From Eledone cirrhosa (Eukaryota), in NCBI GenBank assembly GCA_964016885.1, contig OZ024743.1, positions 154,194,001-154,258,000 of the forward strand: 64,000 bases of DNA, read 5' to 3'. The notes under the pieces are model-generated. The model ran no database searches. It was not told the DNA's origin and saw only the letters and a list, made by a program, of their open reading frames with translations. Both the position numbers and the translations under genes were made by a program. Of the stretch, positions 39,850 through 53,242 are shown piece by piece. Each line of letters begins with the position of its first letter. The stretch's first letter is position 1.

Positions 39850-40423
39850 ATGATTTAACTACTTACAAACTACTTTATAAGGAGTTACATGTATGTTGTA
39901 ACAACTTATAAAGATTCATTAAAATATAACCAATGTAATGGAAAAGAAAACCTTAATATTAATACACACAACACATGCACATTTGAACATTACACGAACA
40001 ATTATTACACTACATCCACCATAAACTTCATAGAAACTACTTTTAATACACAAACATCTCTGTCTGCTTAATATGCTTTTAGACCTATATTGTATTATGT
40101 GATACGTTTGCCACACAGTAATATATATGCCTAGTACCATTGCTTGTTTCCTGCCTCGCTATTCTGTACATGCCTAACATATTTCGACTCGCTATACGCT
40201 TGCATATGTACTGTTAATGTCCTCGTTTTGCGACTAACTCTCTGCCTTAATTCCTACATTATTGTTATATTTTTCATTTGTAACCTTTGTCGCATCCACT
40301 GATACAGACCTCAACATTTCAACTCTGTAAATAGGAAACTGTTGATGAAAATATTACTATCTATGTATCTTTATAATTGTTCTGTAAAATAGGATGTTAA
40401 TTACATGTCTATTACTTTGCTAG

Positions 40424-40470
40424 TGCTCCGATGAATACAAACCAAAGTTTGGAATAAACGATCGTCAGCA
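40424..40470 (+). ncRNA. Degenerate hammerhead motif with palindromic stem III
   Basis: TGCT-CCGATGA-..CAAAC caaa GTTTG..-TAAACGATCGTC-AGCA; the consensus with the inverted copy is canonical. Confidence 0.65.
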
Positions 40471-40642
40471 ATAGAATGATTTGAATATAGTTTTGATTAT
40501 TCTGTAATTTATATTCCTACTCTGTAAAACATCTAATGTATTTACTTTGATCTATTTTTCTTACTGTTAATAAGGTAGTAATGAATTACTGACCTTTCCT
40601 GTTTATAATTATATAGTGTATATATATAAGTATAAATAATAT

Positions 40643-40737
<95 letters not shown>

Positions 40738-40959
40738 CATGCACATGCCTGTGTATGCGCCCATATACAGGTAAAACAGACATACATCTGCCTATATATT
40801 TCAAGCGTTAACCTAATATATTCCTTCCATATACTGTACCGATTGCATTCTGTTTACCTATATATATATATATGCAAAGTTTTATTTAAATTGTTGGGTT
40901 ACAACGAGTAAATATTTATAACTGATATAAAAGCACTCAACAAGTATTTGGAGTATATT

Positions 40960-41312
40960 TACGATATTAAATAAATGGAAACTATATTTATAAAACCATA
41001 TTTATTTCATTATATATATTTCAGGGATATCACATTAAAACTATGGTATGCCTTCTTCAGACAAAATACAATATAAACAGTCTTATAAATAGATAGATTT
41101 GACATACCTTTCAACTTCATCTTCCATCTACCAAATCAACTTTTTAAATGAAAGATGAAGTTGAAAGGTATGTCAAATCTATCTATTTATAAGACTGTTT
41201 ATATTGTATTTTGTCTGAAGAAGGCATACCATATTTTTAATGTGATATCCCTGAAATATATATAATGAAATAAATATGGTTTTATAAATATAGTTTCCAT
41301 TTATTTAATATC

Positions 41313-41315
<3 letters not shown>
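40960..41315. repeat. Near-perfect fold-back (~168-bp arms, ~20-bp spacer) ending in (TA)n
   Basis: 40960-41127 is the reverse complement of 41148-41315 with about two mismatches. Confidence 0.93.
41209..41270 (+). ncRNA. Minimal hammerhead motif (mirrored on minus strand at ~41005-41066)
   Basis: TTTTGT-CTGAAGA-AGG...CCT-GAAA-TATATA-TA-ATGAAA; palindromic stem III ATATATAT. Confidence 0.6.
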
Positions 41316-41350
<35 letters not shown>

Positions 41351-41534
41351 AGGGTAAATATTGATGCAATTCAATTCAAGCACTCAACGTACTTTTTCCA
41401 CATAGGAGTGACGGAGTAAATATCGAATAAGTAAAAGCGAAGTAGTTTCAGAGGTTCAAGTCCTTTAATAATGGCCAGTGTCGTCATTGAAATATATATC
41501 ACAGCATTATTATTAAAGGACCTATATATATATG

Positions 41535-41568
<34 letters not shown>

Positions 41569-42166
41569 TACATATATACATATGAGAGTGTATCTGGTAA
41601 CATGCGTGGATCGATGTGTGCGTTTGTGTGCGTGTGTGTACACACTTATATGCGTGCGCGGGCTCATATATCTTGGGGTATATGCGGGTATACACATGCT
41701 TGTGCTCGTCTCTACGCCTATGCCTCCTGCCTGTCTACGTTATTGATTTTCTACATCCTACAATTCTTTGTTCATATCAACATTATCTATAATGCCCTCT
41801 TTGTTTAATTCTTTGACAAAAATCATGAAATGTTTTTACTGACACGATAAACTAGGGCCGGGTCATCCATGCGTGACACACCCCACAAACCTCTGCTACC
41901 TGCTTAGCCCAAAGCAAGATTTTGACTAACCAATACACATTCAAAAACGCGCCCACTCGCGCGCATACTCACTCACACGAATCCTTTATTATTCATCCGC
42001 CCATGTAAATACGCACATCAATACCTGCGAATATTCACACGCATTTGCGCCACAAAATACACCAGGATATACACATACGGTCACGCACACAAAAAAAAGG
42101 GCCAATGCCTATATGTATACATTCTTGGTCCATATACCACAAAAAAAAAAAATATTTTGTCGCATC

Positions 42167-42258
42167 ACCTGTCTGACGAGCAGCTCGATACTGGAGTCGG
42201 GTACATAATTCCTATAGGTCACATTGAGCCAATCATCTGCGAAACGCGCCTATCAGGT
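42167..42258 (+). ncRNA. Hammerhead-like motif with long loop II
   Basis: ACCTGT-CTGACGA-GCAG...(~53 nt)...CTGC-GAAA-CGCGCCTAT-CAGGT. Confidence 0.55.
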
Positions 42259-42454
42259 CGATATACAATAAATATTTCTCATATGTAAAAGAAACTTCCT
42301 CGTTATTTCTATTATATACACTCTGCTTTTGCATAGAGTGCTTGATTTGGTACCAACACTAGTATTTAAGCGCTTCCCTACACTATGTATATATATATAT
42401 ATATTCATAGATGTAAGTAAATAAACGTACACACAACCACACACACAGACACAC

Positions 42455-42570
<116 letters not shown>

Positions 42571-43099
42571 TGAATTTATGGTTCTCTATGAAGAAGTTAA
42601 ATGTGATGTGAGATATATATTTAGTCTTTTGATAAAGATGAAATTCCGCACAACATTTGACTGTTTCGAAATCACTGTCCATCTGAAACATTTGTAAGGG
42701 AATAAAAACAATTATTTGATGAAAGAAGATTGAGTTTTCTTTGATACTATTGCTTGTGTATGCTCTGCTTATTCTTAAGTATATTACTAACATTTTCCAC
42801 GCTTAAACCTCACTCTTCATTTAACCCTTATATAAGCATTGAGCTATTCCTTCTATGTGAAACTGGCAATTACATTCTATAATTCTATTACTCTACTCTC
42901 TTTTGAGAATTGATAATATGGTACTACATTTGATATATGCAGTCCTCATTGTTGAGCTTTATTTGTTATTTGCCAATGTAATGGAAAAGCAACTTCTACC
43001 GATGTCACTGAAATCAATTCCAATTCCAGACATGAAAAATTTACCCTTAGCAGCTTATCAATAGTACAAACACCTTCGTAAGAAGAATAAGATGGAAAA

Positions 43100-45300
43100 C
43101 ATTCCAATATGACAGACGAAAGAGTGAACATGAAACCACCAAGGTGAAATACGGATTTAAGTCATATAGAAACCAACATCGCAATATTTTGCTCGACTCT
43201 TTTGAACAGGATTACTTAGAATGATAAAAAAACCTAAGATTTAAGAAGTCGACATGCAATAACTCTTTCTTAAACTCCCATGACACTATAATTAGGAATA
43301 TCAGAAACGAGGATGGCATACATGTTTTAGCTGATAAAATAAAGAACATATATAAATTTAATATTACAACGTATACATCTTTGATTTTAAATGTAGTAAG
43401 TAGAAATTACAAAAGAAACACAAAGAAGAACATTAATCGACATTAATAGAAAAGGAAAGGCCATAGTCAGAGATTTATATATTGGAAAGTATACTGACCC
43501 TTACAAACCCATACAACGCTTAAGGATAAAAAATAGAATTTTTTATGAAAACATCAATTTGATTGATAAGCCCCTCTACCTCTGAAATAGGTTGGATTAG
43601 CAAAAACAATACTGGATAGAATTATACGAAGTTCAAAATTAAGGTTAACCTTTGGGGAAACACAGATGAGGTTATGAATTGGTTTAAAATTTGGTTTAAA
43701 AATATAGAAACTATTATGCCTCTTTAATAATCGCTAGGAATTGCACTAAACTAACTAAGAATGAAATAAATATCATCCTTACCGCTAGAGTTTAGCCCAA
43801 CGATAATTAGGTTTGATTGATATTTCTGAAAAAATCCAAAGGACCAAACAATTTTGACATCAGTATGTTGTCCAATGACTCTGCACAAATCATTGACGTG
43901 GTTGGAATTTACCTGTTGCACAAACTTAAAATGAAAATACCTGCTAGGCGGTTTATATAGAGACAATGCTCTATTCAATGTACAAAGCTTGCAGAATTGA
44001 AAACCTCAATAAGCAACCGTATAATTTTTAAGAATTATGGAGTCACCATAAGCATCGATGCAAACCATCAGGACGTGAATTTCCATGACGCAACATTCGA
44101 GCTCGAACCGAAATTTTCCCATCCTTATCATAAACCAGATGAGTTCCTATCTTAGGTAAACAGATTATCAAATCATCCTCCGTCAATTATTGCCTCTGTC
44201 GTCAAGCACATGACATAGAATATCGAAAATATCAGCGAATGAAAACATATTCAATGATATAGCATGGTATTATAATGATGCACTTTCTAGATCAGGATAT
44301 AAAAATAGGATTACTTTCATCCCCCCGGTAGTGAGTCCACACGTATATAGATTAATAAATATATTGTAACATGGACCAGTAAACCATTAGGTAATAATAC
44401 ATAGGTATAAATACGCAATACAAATACATAGGTATAAATACGCAAATCAGTAAGCCCGTATCTGCCTAGCTAAAGACCACCCGACTATACATTATAATAT
44501 TATAATAATCTCTTCTGGATACCTCGTGAATAATAAAAATAACCACAAGAGCTTACTTCCCACACCCCGCAATAAATTTCGAATTAATTTAATGAAAAAT
44601 CCTAAGCATTCTCTAACTCCTATTCATCGCAATGTAGAAAAAAGCGGCACATAACACAAATTCCCCAGAATCAGATAAAGAACGTATTTGATACTTCTAT
44701 TACAAGGACAATGATCACGCCTAGGGATACTAGAACAAACACGTTAGACTATCCAGTGAATACCGCCCATCCATCTAATATATGTTGTAAGATTCGTAGT
44801 AAATCTCCCATTGGAGGTGTGTGCTTTACTACCGATATAATATCTAAGTTTACGGTAAATAGCCAACACTATAGTAGTCCATACATCGGGGCCACAGCTA
44901 ATCAGTTTACTACCAGTTACAATTCCCACTTGATTCGTTTAAGAATAACAAGCAGACACATATTACTTCTACGGTCCTTGCCATTCTGAGTTCAAATCCC
45001 GCCGAGGTTTACTTTGCGCCTTTCATCCTTACGGGGTCGATAAAATAACGTACCAGTAATGCACTGGGTAATTACTGGCCTTGTGCCAAAAGTAGAAACA
45101 ATTACTTCTTTAACACATTATATTACTAGCTTAGTCGAACTAAAACCCCCTACAAAACGCAGAGGGAAATTCTGGATAGATCTACACCGTACAACGGAAA
45201 TAAAAAAAAAACATGTAATTTATATTTATCCGAAGCGTATTATATTACAATGTCGAATCTTAACTCTTTCATTACAAGGAATGAGTAAGTTATAAATGGT
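43100..45300 (+). mobile_element. Heavily decayed Penelope-like element
   Basis: YGFKS, LADK..NIYK, SEIGWISK, LWGNTDEVMNWFK, LYRDNAL (YRDD-like), HPYHKP, SNHPPSII, NDALSRSGY, then GIY-YIG PYIGATANQF; split by a SINE. Confidence 0.8.
44971..45100 (+). mobile_element. 5'-truncated SINE inserted in the PLE endonuclease, 9-bp TSD
   Basis: ATTACTTCT at 44962-44970 and 45101-45109; B-box GAGTTCAAATCC present. Confidence 0.9.
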
Positions 45301-46329
45301 CTCTTCATATTTATGTTTCAATCCTAGTATACGATCCTAGTTAGGTATTCTTGGATCATCAATATTATCCCATTTATGTTTCCATCAAACTCGCTCCTAT
45401 GTGTGCTGTTTTCTTAGCATAGGCAATTTATATAACATATAAGTTTATCGTTTGCATAGGGACCGATATAACATATTATCATACTCTAACACTAATCAGT
45501 CCACTCATACCCACCCCCTTTCTTTTCAGTTTCTTAACCCAGTCTATATTCCTTAGGTTTGAAACTTAACATATGTGTCGTGATTATGATCTTACAGCTG
45601 TATACTTGTAGACATATACATATGTACATATGTTTAAATGTATATTTTTGTGTGTGTCTTTGAATACTACGCTATGTGTCACATGCGAGTGTATGATCGT
45701 GTACGCATGCAGATGTCCATATGCGAGGATAGATATAAAGGTACATGAAAACTCTGGTGAGCGCATATATACCAAGGGGTTTATTTGAATATGAATTCTG
45801 TTTTCTTATAACGTTAGTTATTATAATCATAAGAATATTCATACCCATAGTGATAACCGTTGAGGATTTTAATAAGTATTATTGATTGCGACTCTGGATA
45901 TAGTTATAGATTGAGGATCAATATTATAGGTATATTTCGGAAGAGAAATATATTTAGTTAGTAGGTCCATGAACAGTAGTATATTTGTATGTTTCAGCAC
46001 ATAACCCAGTCTATTTCACATAATATGCAATTGTGAGTCTGCTAGTTTGGCTTAGCAAACACGAGTATCGTAGAACTGTACTAAATATTAATATATTAAG
46101 CAGGACTAAATACATTTCTATTTGTATTATGTAGATTTCCTGCAAATCAATTATAACCTGAGAGGCTTACGCTGATAGAGTTAGTCTAATGAATCAAATA
46201 CATAATTGCATATACTTGCGTATAAATATGTCACACAAAATAGATAATTGTGACCATAGATATACATAGATATATATGTTACACTTTCTATATTTTGGAA
46301 TACCATTATTTTAACATCTAAGCACTCTT

Positions 46330-46362
46330 TATATATATATATATATATACATTTATATATAT

Positions 46363-46416
<54 letters not shown>

Positions 46417-46534
46417 ATAATAATAAAATTGAAGACTAAATCCAAAGGGTGAAAGCAGCGATTCTTTGCTTAAACTTTAATCTTTTATATTAATAAATAT
46501 ATATATATATATATATACATTTATATATATATAT

Positions 46535-46618
<84 letters not shown>

Positions 46619-46698
46619 ATAATAATAAAATTGAAGACTAAATCCAAAGGGTGAAAGCAGCGATTCTTTGCTTAAACTTTAATCTGTTATATTAATAA

Positions 46699-46776
<78 letters not shown>
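46330..46776. repeat. (TA)n tract with a tandemly duplicated ~85-bp PLE-terminus micro-insertion
   Basis: GTAATAATAATAAAATTGAAGACTAAATCCAAAGGGTGAAAGCAGCGATTCTTTGCTTAAACTTTAATC at 46414 and 46616; pieces match 58485-58620 in opposite orientations. Confidence 0.85.
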
Positions 46777-46778
<2 letters not shown>

Positions 46779-47420
46779 ATGTTTATCCTTGAATGACCAA
46801 CGATTAAACACACACACACACACACATACACACACACACACACACATATATATATAGTCTATCAAAGTTCTTTCGTCAAACGCCTGTGACATTAACGGCG
46901 GTACTATTATGTTTCATCCCGTTGTATTGTAATGTCTCCTCCATTTTTATTTATTTATTTATTTATTCCTGTCTCTTTTTGCTCATGCGTTTATGTGTGC
47001 GCTTTCTGTTTGGTGTGTGTTAGTGTCTGAGTCTGTGTGTGTTTGTATTCTATATTTGTTCACTAGTGTGTGTTTATGTGTGGTTGTTGATCTTTTACCT
47101 GTGTATATGTATTTATTTATATTTATCTTAGGTCAGTATTGTGGGTTTTTGTATGATCGTTGTTATTATTCCATTCATCTTTTCTGTTCTCTTAGTTCTA
47201 TGATTTATCTATAAATTGCTGCTCGTATTGTTGTTATTTACGTTCGTATTCCAACGAATTTTAGTGAAGGGCTTTTCAATTTCCGACAAGCATCGTATTG
47301 GGTATACCGTGTTATATATAGTGAACCTTGGTGGTAGTTGTAGAATATATTGCTTTTAGTCTTTGGTTATAGTGATACCATAGTTGTTTAGTGTTTTTTT
47401 CTTCGGTAAACTCAGTACGT
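46777..47420 (-). mobile_element. 3' remnant of the PLE family at 6640-8550
   Basis: TCAATGTTTA..TTGA.TGACCAACG and ATAGTCTA.CAAA.TTCTTTCGT...GGTACTATTATGTT align with 6647-6800. Confidence 0.7.
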
Positions 47421-47732
47421 AATGTGACATTTGGCATATAAATATTGTCAATCTTGTCGGGGTATTTTTGTAAGTTTTCTTGTCTCTTTTATTAATACAT
47501 CTTAATTTTTATTAAAATGTTGTTTTTTACATTCATTTTCAGCATATTTTGTTTCATTTCGAATGATATTCATGAATTTATTGATCTTGTCTGGTACAGA
47601 GAGATTTCGAATTTTCTTGATATTAACATGTTTCTGCTTGCAAAGTTCGTTAACTTTTTAGAAGTTATTCTTTTCATACGTATCATTAATATGCATTTTA
47701 AACGTTCAACTTCTGTTTTGTTTAGTGGTAAT

Positions 47733-48083
47733 TCATGTTGAAAATAGGGCGTGTGGAAGAATAGTGAAATCATTGACGCTCTGGGGCAAGCGTATGGGGA
47801 GAATACCACAAAGAAATCAACAACCTACAAATGGGTAAGTCGTTTAAGAAGTGCCAGCGATGAGGTTGAAGATGATCACCAGTTGAAGATGTAAAATAAG
47901 CTGCTTTGACATGGCTTAAATCGCATGGCCCTCAGTTTTACATAGATGAACCTAAAGGCTGGTAACAACGCTTACAGAAGTGTATTGACTTAGATGGAGC
48001 ATATGTTGAAAAATGAACATAATAGTTTTAACCGTTGTTTCCAACTATCCTTTTTCCACGAACTTGTTGAAGCACCCTCTTAT
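47733..48083 (+). mobile_element. Internally deleted mariner (Tc1/mariner) transposase remnant with right TIR
   Basis: WKNSEIIDALGQAYGENTTKKSTTYKWVSRLRS..DEVEDD (HTH) fused to LTWLKSHGPQFY...QRLQKCIDLDGAYVEK*; ends GAACTTGTTGAAGCACCCTCTTA. Confidence 0.85.
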
Positions 48084-48659
48084 ATATAGTTTTTTTCTGC
48101 ATATTATAGGTATATTGGTCTGAGAATGTACTCAATAATATGGGAATATGAGAATTTGTAGTGAAATATCGATTAAACATGAATTACTTTTATTTATATA
48201 TAATAGTGCCCACGATACTTAATTGAAATTTAGAGGGGTGGAATTATTCTTTTGTTAAACTCTACTATTTAATCCGGGAATAAAATATCTGAGTTTAAAT
48301 TCCAATAATCATCTACCTTTCACCGTTCTACCGTTAACACGCCTTAAACATAATACGGCAAGAAACAGAAATCGGAAATTTAACAAAACCCGGAAAAATT
48401 TATATTTCAGCGTATTTTGTGTTGGACCATATGAACATAATTTGGGATGTTCTATGGTTGAGGTAGAAAGTAATTTAAGTGACTAATCATCATAATTGAA
48501 TTTACATTTCTCTCTGAAGAAGATTGACTGCGATCTGAGATTCATGTGTGGTCTTTTAAAAAGATGAAATGTTGAAGGTTTGATGGTTCGAAGTAAGAGA
48601 GTAAAAGAAATTATTTGATGAAGGAAAATTGAGTTTCCTTTGATAACTTTGTATATAGA

Positions 48660-50900
48660 TATATATTTCACCACAACAGAAGCACCCTATCAGGACACGG
48701 TGCCTCCCACCAAATGAAGAAAAAAGAACACCACCCTTGAAGTGGCACTTGACGTGATAAACCAAAAGGAACCAAAAATAATCAACATATCGGCCAATAA
48801 ATTAACACAACAGAACATACAGCTGTTAGAAAATGGATTGAAATTGATACCCAAGCAGATAAAGGCGACCTTATAAATGACACAGATAATGTTTGTCAAA
48901 TATTACGTCTATGAGGATTCTTCCAGGGTGTAGAATACGAGAGGAATCACTAGTGAAAAACAAAACGAACTTCAACCTCCCAGTTAAATAGAGACAAATA
49001 CCTGGAATAATACATAACCTGCCCAAGACGATCGGCACAGTCAAATATTGCAGAGAAGAAACACAAACGCAACATTCCTACAGACCAACTGCTAGTACTT
49101 GACAAGCCACAAAAAGACTCATCTATAGTCATAAAAGTATCTGACAAAGGTGGAACAATCGTCATTATGGACAAAAACCACTACAAGATTATGGTCCTAG
49201 AACAGTTGAATGACGAGTGTTTTACATGAAAATAAGCGAAAGCGAAGAAAGAAAATCAATGATAGAAGTAGGTAAACTGACGACAACGTACCAAAATAAC
49301 CTCACCTTAAAGGAAATCAATTACGTAACCAACTTTGAAATGAAAACCAGCAATTTTTAGGATTACCGAAAGTTCACAAATCCATAGAAATCCAAAAGAA
49401 CATAAGATGCAAAAATACATATGTCAATGTACCAAAACCGACATATTTAAAATTACGCCCAATTGTTGCTGGTCCAGCCTCAACCACACGATGTCTAAGC
49501 AACATATTAGACATTACACTGAAACCCTTATTTAAAAAAAGTGCCAAGCTTCATCAGAGATGATATGGAATTCCTGAACTATATACACCAGAAAGTACAC
49601 CAATAATCAATCTCAGTCAGCTTTGACGAAACACTTATATACTAACGTCCAATACGGCTTAGGTATTGCAGCTGTTGACTTCTGGATTACAAAACACCCA
49701 GATTATATTTCAGAGAGATTCCAACAAGTTTATTTTTGAAGGATTCAAATTAGCTTTGGTTAACAACCACTTCCTCTTTGATAACGAACTATATATACAA
49801 ATAAAAGGAACAGCCAGGGGCACCAAATTAGCCGCAACATATACATACCTCGTTATGGGTTACCTGCAGGAAACGTTCAGTCACGACTTCATCACCTATA
49901 TTAATCACAACAGGAAACGATACCTAGACGACTGCTTCAATATCTGGAATAGAAGGCAAGAAAACCTACAAAGATTCCATTCCATCATAAACAGGTTTCA
50001 CGAAGCAATACAATGGAATCTAATAAAAAGTAACTACCGTTTTTGGATATCCTTATCATTTAAAAAGGGGAAAATATCAAAACAAACAAACAAACACCAA
50101 TACGTGAATGCATCTCTCACATACCAAAAGGAACATTCTTTTTAACATGACAAGACGCATTTGCACCACAGTAACACACCCACACTACACGAAAAAACAT
50201 TATATGAACTAAAAGAGTTCCTCAAAAGACAAGAATATCCGGTGAACCACATCAATACGTCCCTCTCCAAGGCCATGAACATCCCAGTGATAACACTGAA
50301 AAAAACAAACCAACAAAATAAAAGGGAAAAACAGTTATCGCTTTTGTCGACATTCACAATCCAAGGAAATTTAACATTGTGAAAATCGCCAAACAATATC
50401 TCCACAATCTCCAGCCTTCCCCCAAAATGGATGCACTCATAAAAGACTCACAAATAATATAGAGTAGGTGTCAAGCACCCAACCTTAAAAACTGCTTATC
50501 AACGCGAAATTTACGTCAGACAATGAAACAACATAAGTTAAGAAATGCGGGGATCCTCGATGCGGAACTTATGAATACATTGAAGAGAGTGGGCAAATCT
50601 CGTTTAAAAACAAGGTTAATTGCAAAATAAAAAAAAATTAATTCATTGTGCAACCTGCCCACAATGTGAAAAGTAGTACATTGGCGAAACCGGAACGGAT
50701 CTACATGATAGCGTTCATGTCCATAAACAACAAAATAGAGACTTCTCGGTCAGAAACACCACATGCAGTGAATACATCGCATCATGCGGGAAGAGAAACT
50801 TCACAATCTCTCCTTCTTTAAGTTATGGTCGGACAACGAACGGAAATAGAAAGAAGAGTCTTCATTAAAACATACAAACGGCTACGAAACACACACATCA
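48660..50900 (+). mobile_element. Decayed Penelope-like element, nearly complete ORF span
   Basis: IINISANKLT..LLENGLKLIP, SDKGGTIVIMD, GLPKVHK, LRPIVAGP, YIQIKGTARGT, RYLDDCF, KCGDPRCGT, CATCPQC..YIGETG. Confidence 0.9.
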
Positions 50901-51924
50901 GAAAAATATTATATTCTATCTTCCAATAATGGGATTCTCATTTTTTTTTAAATCGCATATTGAAAAAGAAGAGAAAATATCCAAATAGAAGTAGATGACA
51001 TCCACACTTTAAAACATTTGATCGTTGAAGAGAACAACCCTCGGAGGTACACTACCATTTCCCTACCCCCCCCCCATGTATATGTAAACGTAAATAATTG
51101 AGTAGATATGTGTGTGTGTATGTTTGATTGTAGGTGTATGCATGTGTATGTATGTATGCATGTATGTATGAGTGGGTTTGGCTCAGTGCACAGTCTTTAC
51201 TCACTTTAGCAAAACATCTTCACGCACAGACATTGCTCGATAGCATTAATTAATAATTATTAATATTATTATATCATTCAATGGCCACACTCGATAAGGA
51301 GGGGCCAGCCATCATGCAGGTATATACATATTTACACATATTTCGATAGCCGTTGACTCTTATATGTTCTTCCACCCTTTGTCAGGTTTTGATTTTTGTC
51401 CTGCAGGGTGTCCAAAATCACCCTCCTCACCAAGTAAACTTGGTGAGGAGGGATATTTAATGGTTTAATAATATGTGCGATGGAAATAAAATGTGGATAT
51501 GTATTATTAAAAAAAACAAAAACAAAAGTAATGTAAGTAAGGATATATTGTGAGATGAGCATTAATAAGTTAGATGAAAGTGAGAAAAAAATAATGAATA
51601 GAGGATGAATAATCTAACGTAAAAAAAAATGTTTATGTTTACGAAGGATTTTTTCAAGGTGATATAAAGTAAGAATATAATGTATTGTGTAATAATTGTT
51701 TCTATGTTAGGCACAGTGAGAAAAGGTACAGATTAGGGGTTAGAAATTAAAAGAAAAAGAAAAGAAAAGGAAAAGGAAGAAAGGGAAGTGATGAATAGAA
51801 GTGATATAGAATATAATAAATAACTTTGAAATAAGGTAGAAAGATGGGTATATTTTTAAAGAAGTATATGTATATATATATGTGCTTTTGAGAAAAGGAT
51901 TCTGAATTGATAAAGTTTAGGATA

Positions 51925-52330
51925 TTAGCTGTATACTTTATGGAAAGTTCTGTGGAATTTATGCAAGCAGATAGAAAACAAGTCAGTGCGTCTATTCATT
52001 ATAGAATCTAAATTAGATATAATGGTAAATTTTTCATTTAGACAGAGATTGCAAGTCTTGGATAGAGAACTGTTCAAGTATGTAGAAGCAGAGGAAACCT
52101 TTTTCAAAGAGATGTTAATATTTAATATTTTTGTCTTTCAAGGACCATATGAGTTCTGAGAGAGCCGTGTTGGTTCTTTTAAGTTTATATTTAAAATACG
52201 AATGATGATTATAAAGACGAGCTTTAAAGGAGGTGGAAGTGGAGCCAAAATACACATTAACATTTTCTTTCCATCGCACATATTATAAAACCCTTGAATA
52301 TTATTCTTAATAAATTATTAACAATTTCTT
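51925..52330 (-). pseudogene. PLE GIY-YIG endonuclease fragment
   Basis: VYFGSTSTSFKARLYNHHSYF...TALSELIWSL...CNLCLNEKFTII...MNRRTDLFSICLHK. Confidence 0.8.
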
Positions 52331-52915
52331 TTCATCGCACATATTATGAAACCCTTCAATATACAAACCTTAACTTTATATTATTTTTCTCTTCGTTAAT
52401 TTTCAAATTCTTTTAATTTATACATTATCGTCCAACGGTTTTTTCAACCTCTCTATGTAAAACAATATATTTTTCTCAGTATAAAAGCTATCCTCTCTCT
52501 CTCTTTATCACCTATCTCTCCTCCTATCTCATCCTTCCTCATTATACTCCTCCCCCTCCACTTTTTACTCTCATCTCCTCCTCTTTTTCATCCTGCCCCC
52601 CCCCTCAAAAAAGTGTTTTCCTCAATATCAAACATCAATCTAAAACTACTTTTCATATGTTGATTTAAAACTACACTATCTACAAGTGTTTTTAACCTTC
52701 ATATCATGTCCTATTTTATCTGATGAAAACACAAATGTTATTGCCTGATGATATTTGTTTTTGAAATGCGCATAATAAACTACATGGAACTCATTTAACC
52801 ATATTTTGCACTTATATATTATGTATACTCCAGTCCTACAAACTGTACAAACTGTAGAGTGCTTCTTGTCCGATATCTGCACTGCTTTATTGTACTACAA
52901 TAAAACTCACCTCCT

Positions 52916-52966
<51 letters not shown>

Positions 52967-52973
<7 letters not shown>

Positions 52974-53178
52974 ATACTTGGGGAGGGTCATATTGTGTAA
53001 TATTGCCAGAATTACAACAGAACACACTCACTATTTGGTTGGTTTTCGCTCTTCGCTTCTGTGTCTTTTATATCGGCAATATTTTATATTTTATATCGGC
53101 AAAATTACACAAATATGACCCTCCCCAAGTATAACAATATTTGTTTCGACACACGATTTCATATCAAAAACCTCGCAA

Positions 53179-53182
<4 letters not shown>
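52967..53182. repeat. Fold-back micro-insertion in (TA)n
   Basis: ATATTGTTATACTTGGGGAGGGTCATATT / AATATGACCCTCCCCAAGTATAACAATAT; same family as 6478-6632. Confidence 0.88.
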
Positions 53183-53232
<50 letters not shown>

Positions 53233-53242
53233 TTAGATATAC

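Larger units (their letters stand above)
38825..41970. repeat. Diverged ~310-bp inverted repeat pair (38825-39133 / 41655-41970)
   Basis: TAGGCGTAGAGACGAGCACA / TGTGCTCGTCTCTACGCCTA; TTGTAGGATGTAGAAAATCAA / TTGATTTTCTACATCCTACAA. Confidence 0.8.

Noticed and set aside
51270-51320. Hammerhead at the 3' end of the 51925-52330 PLE fragment
   Set aside because: Core corrupted (CTGCATGA...TTGAATG); only the TGGC/GCCA stem is suggestive.
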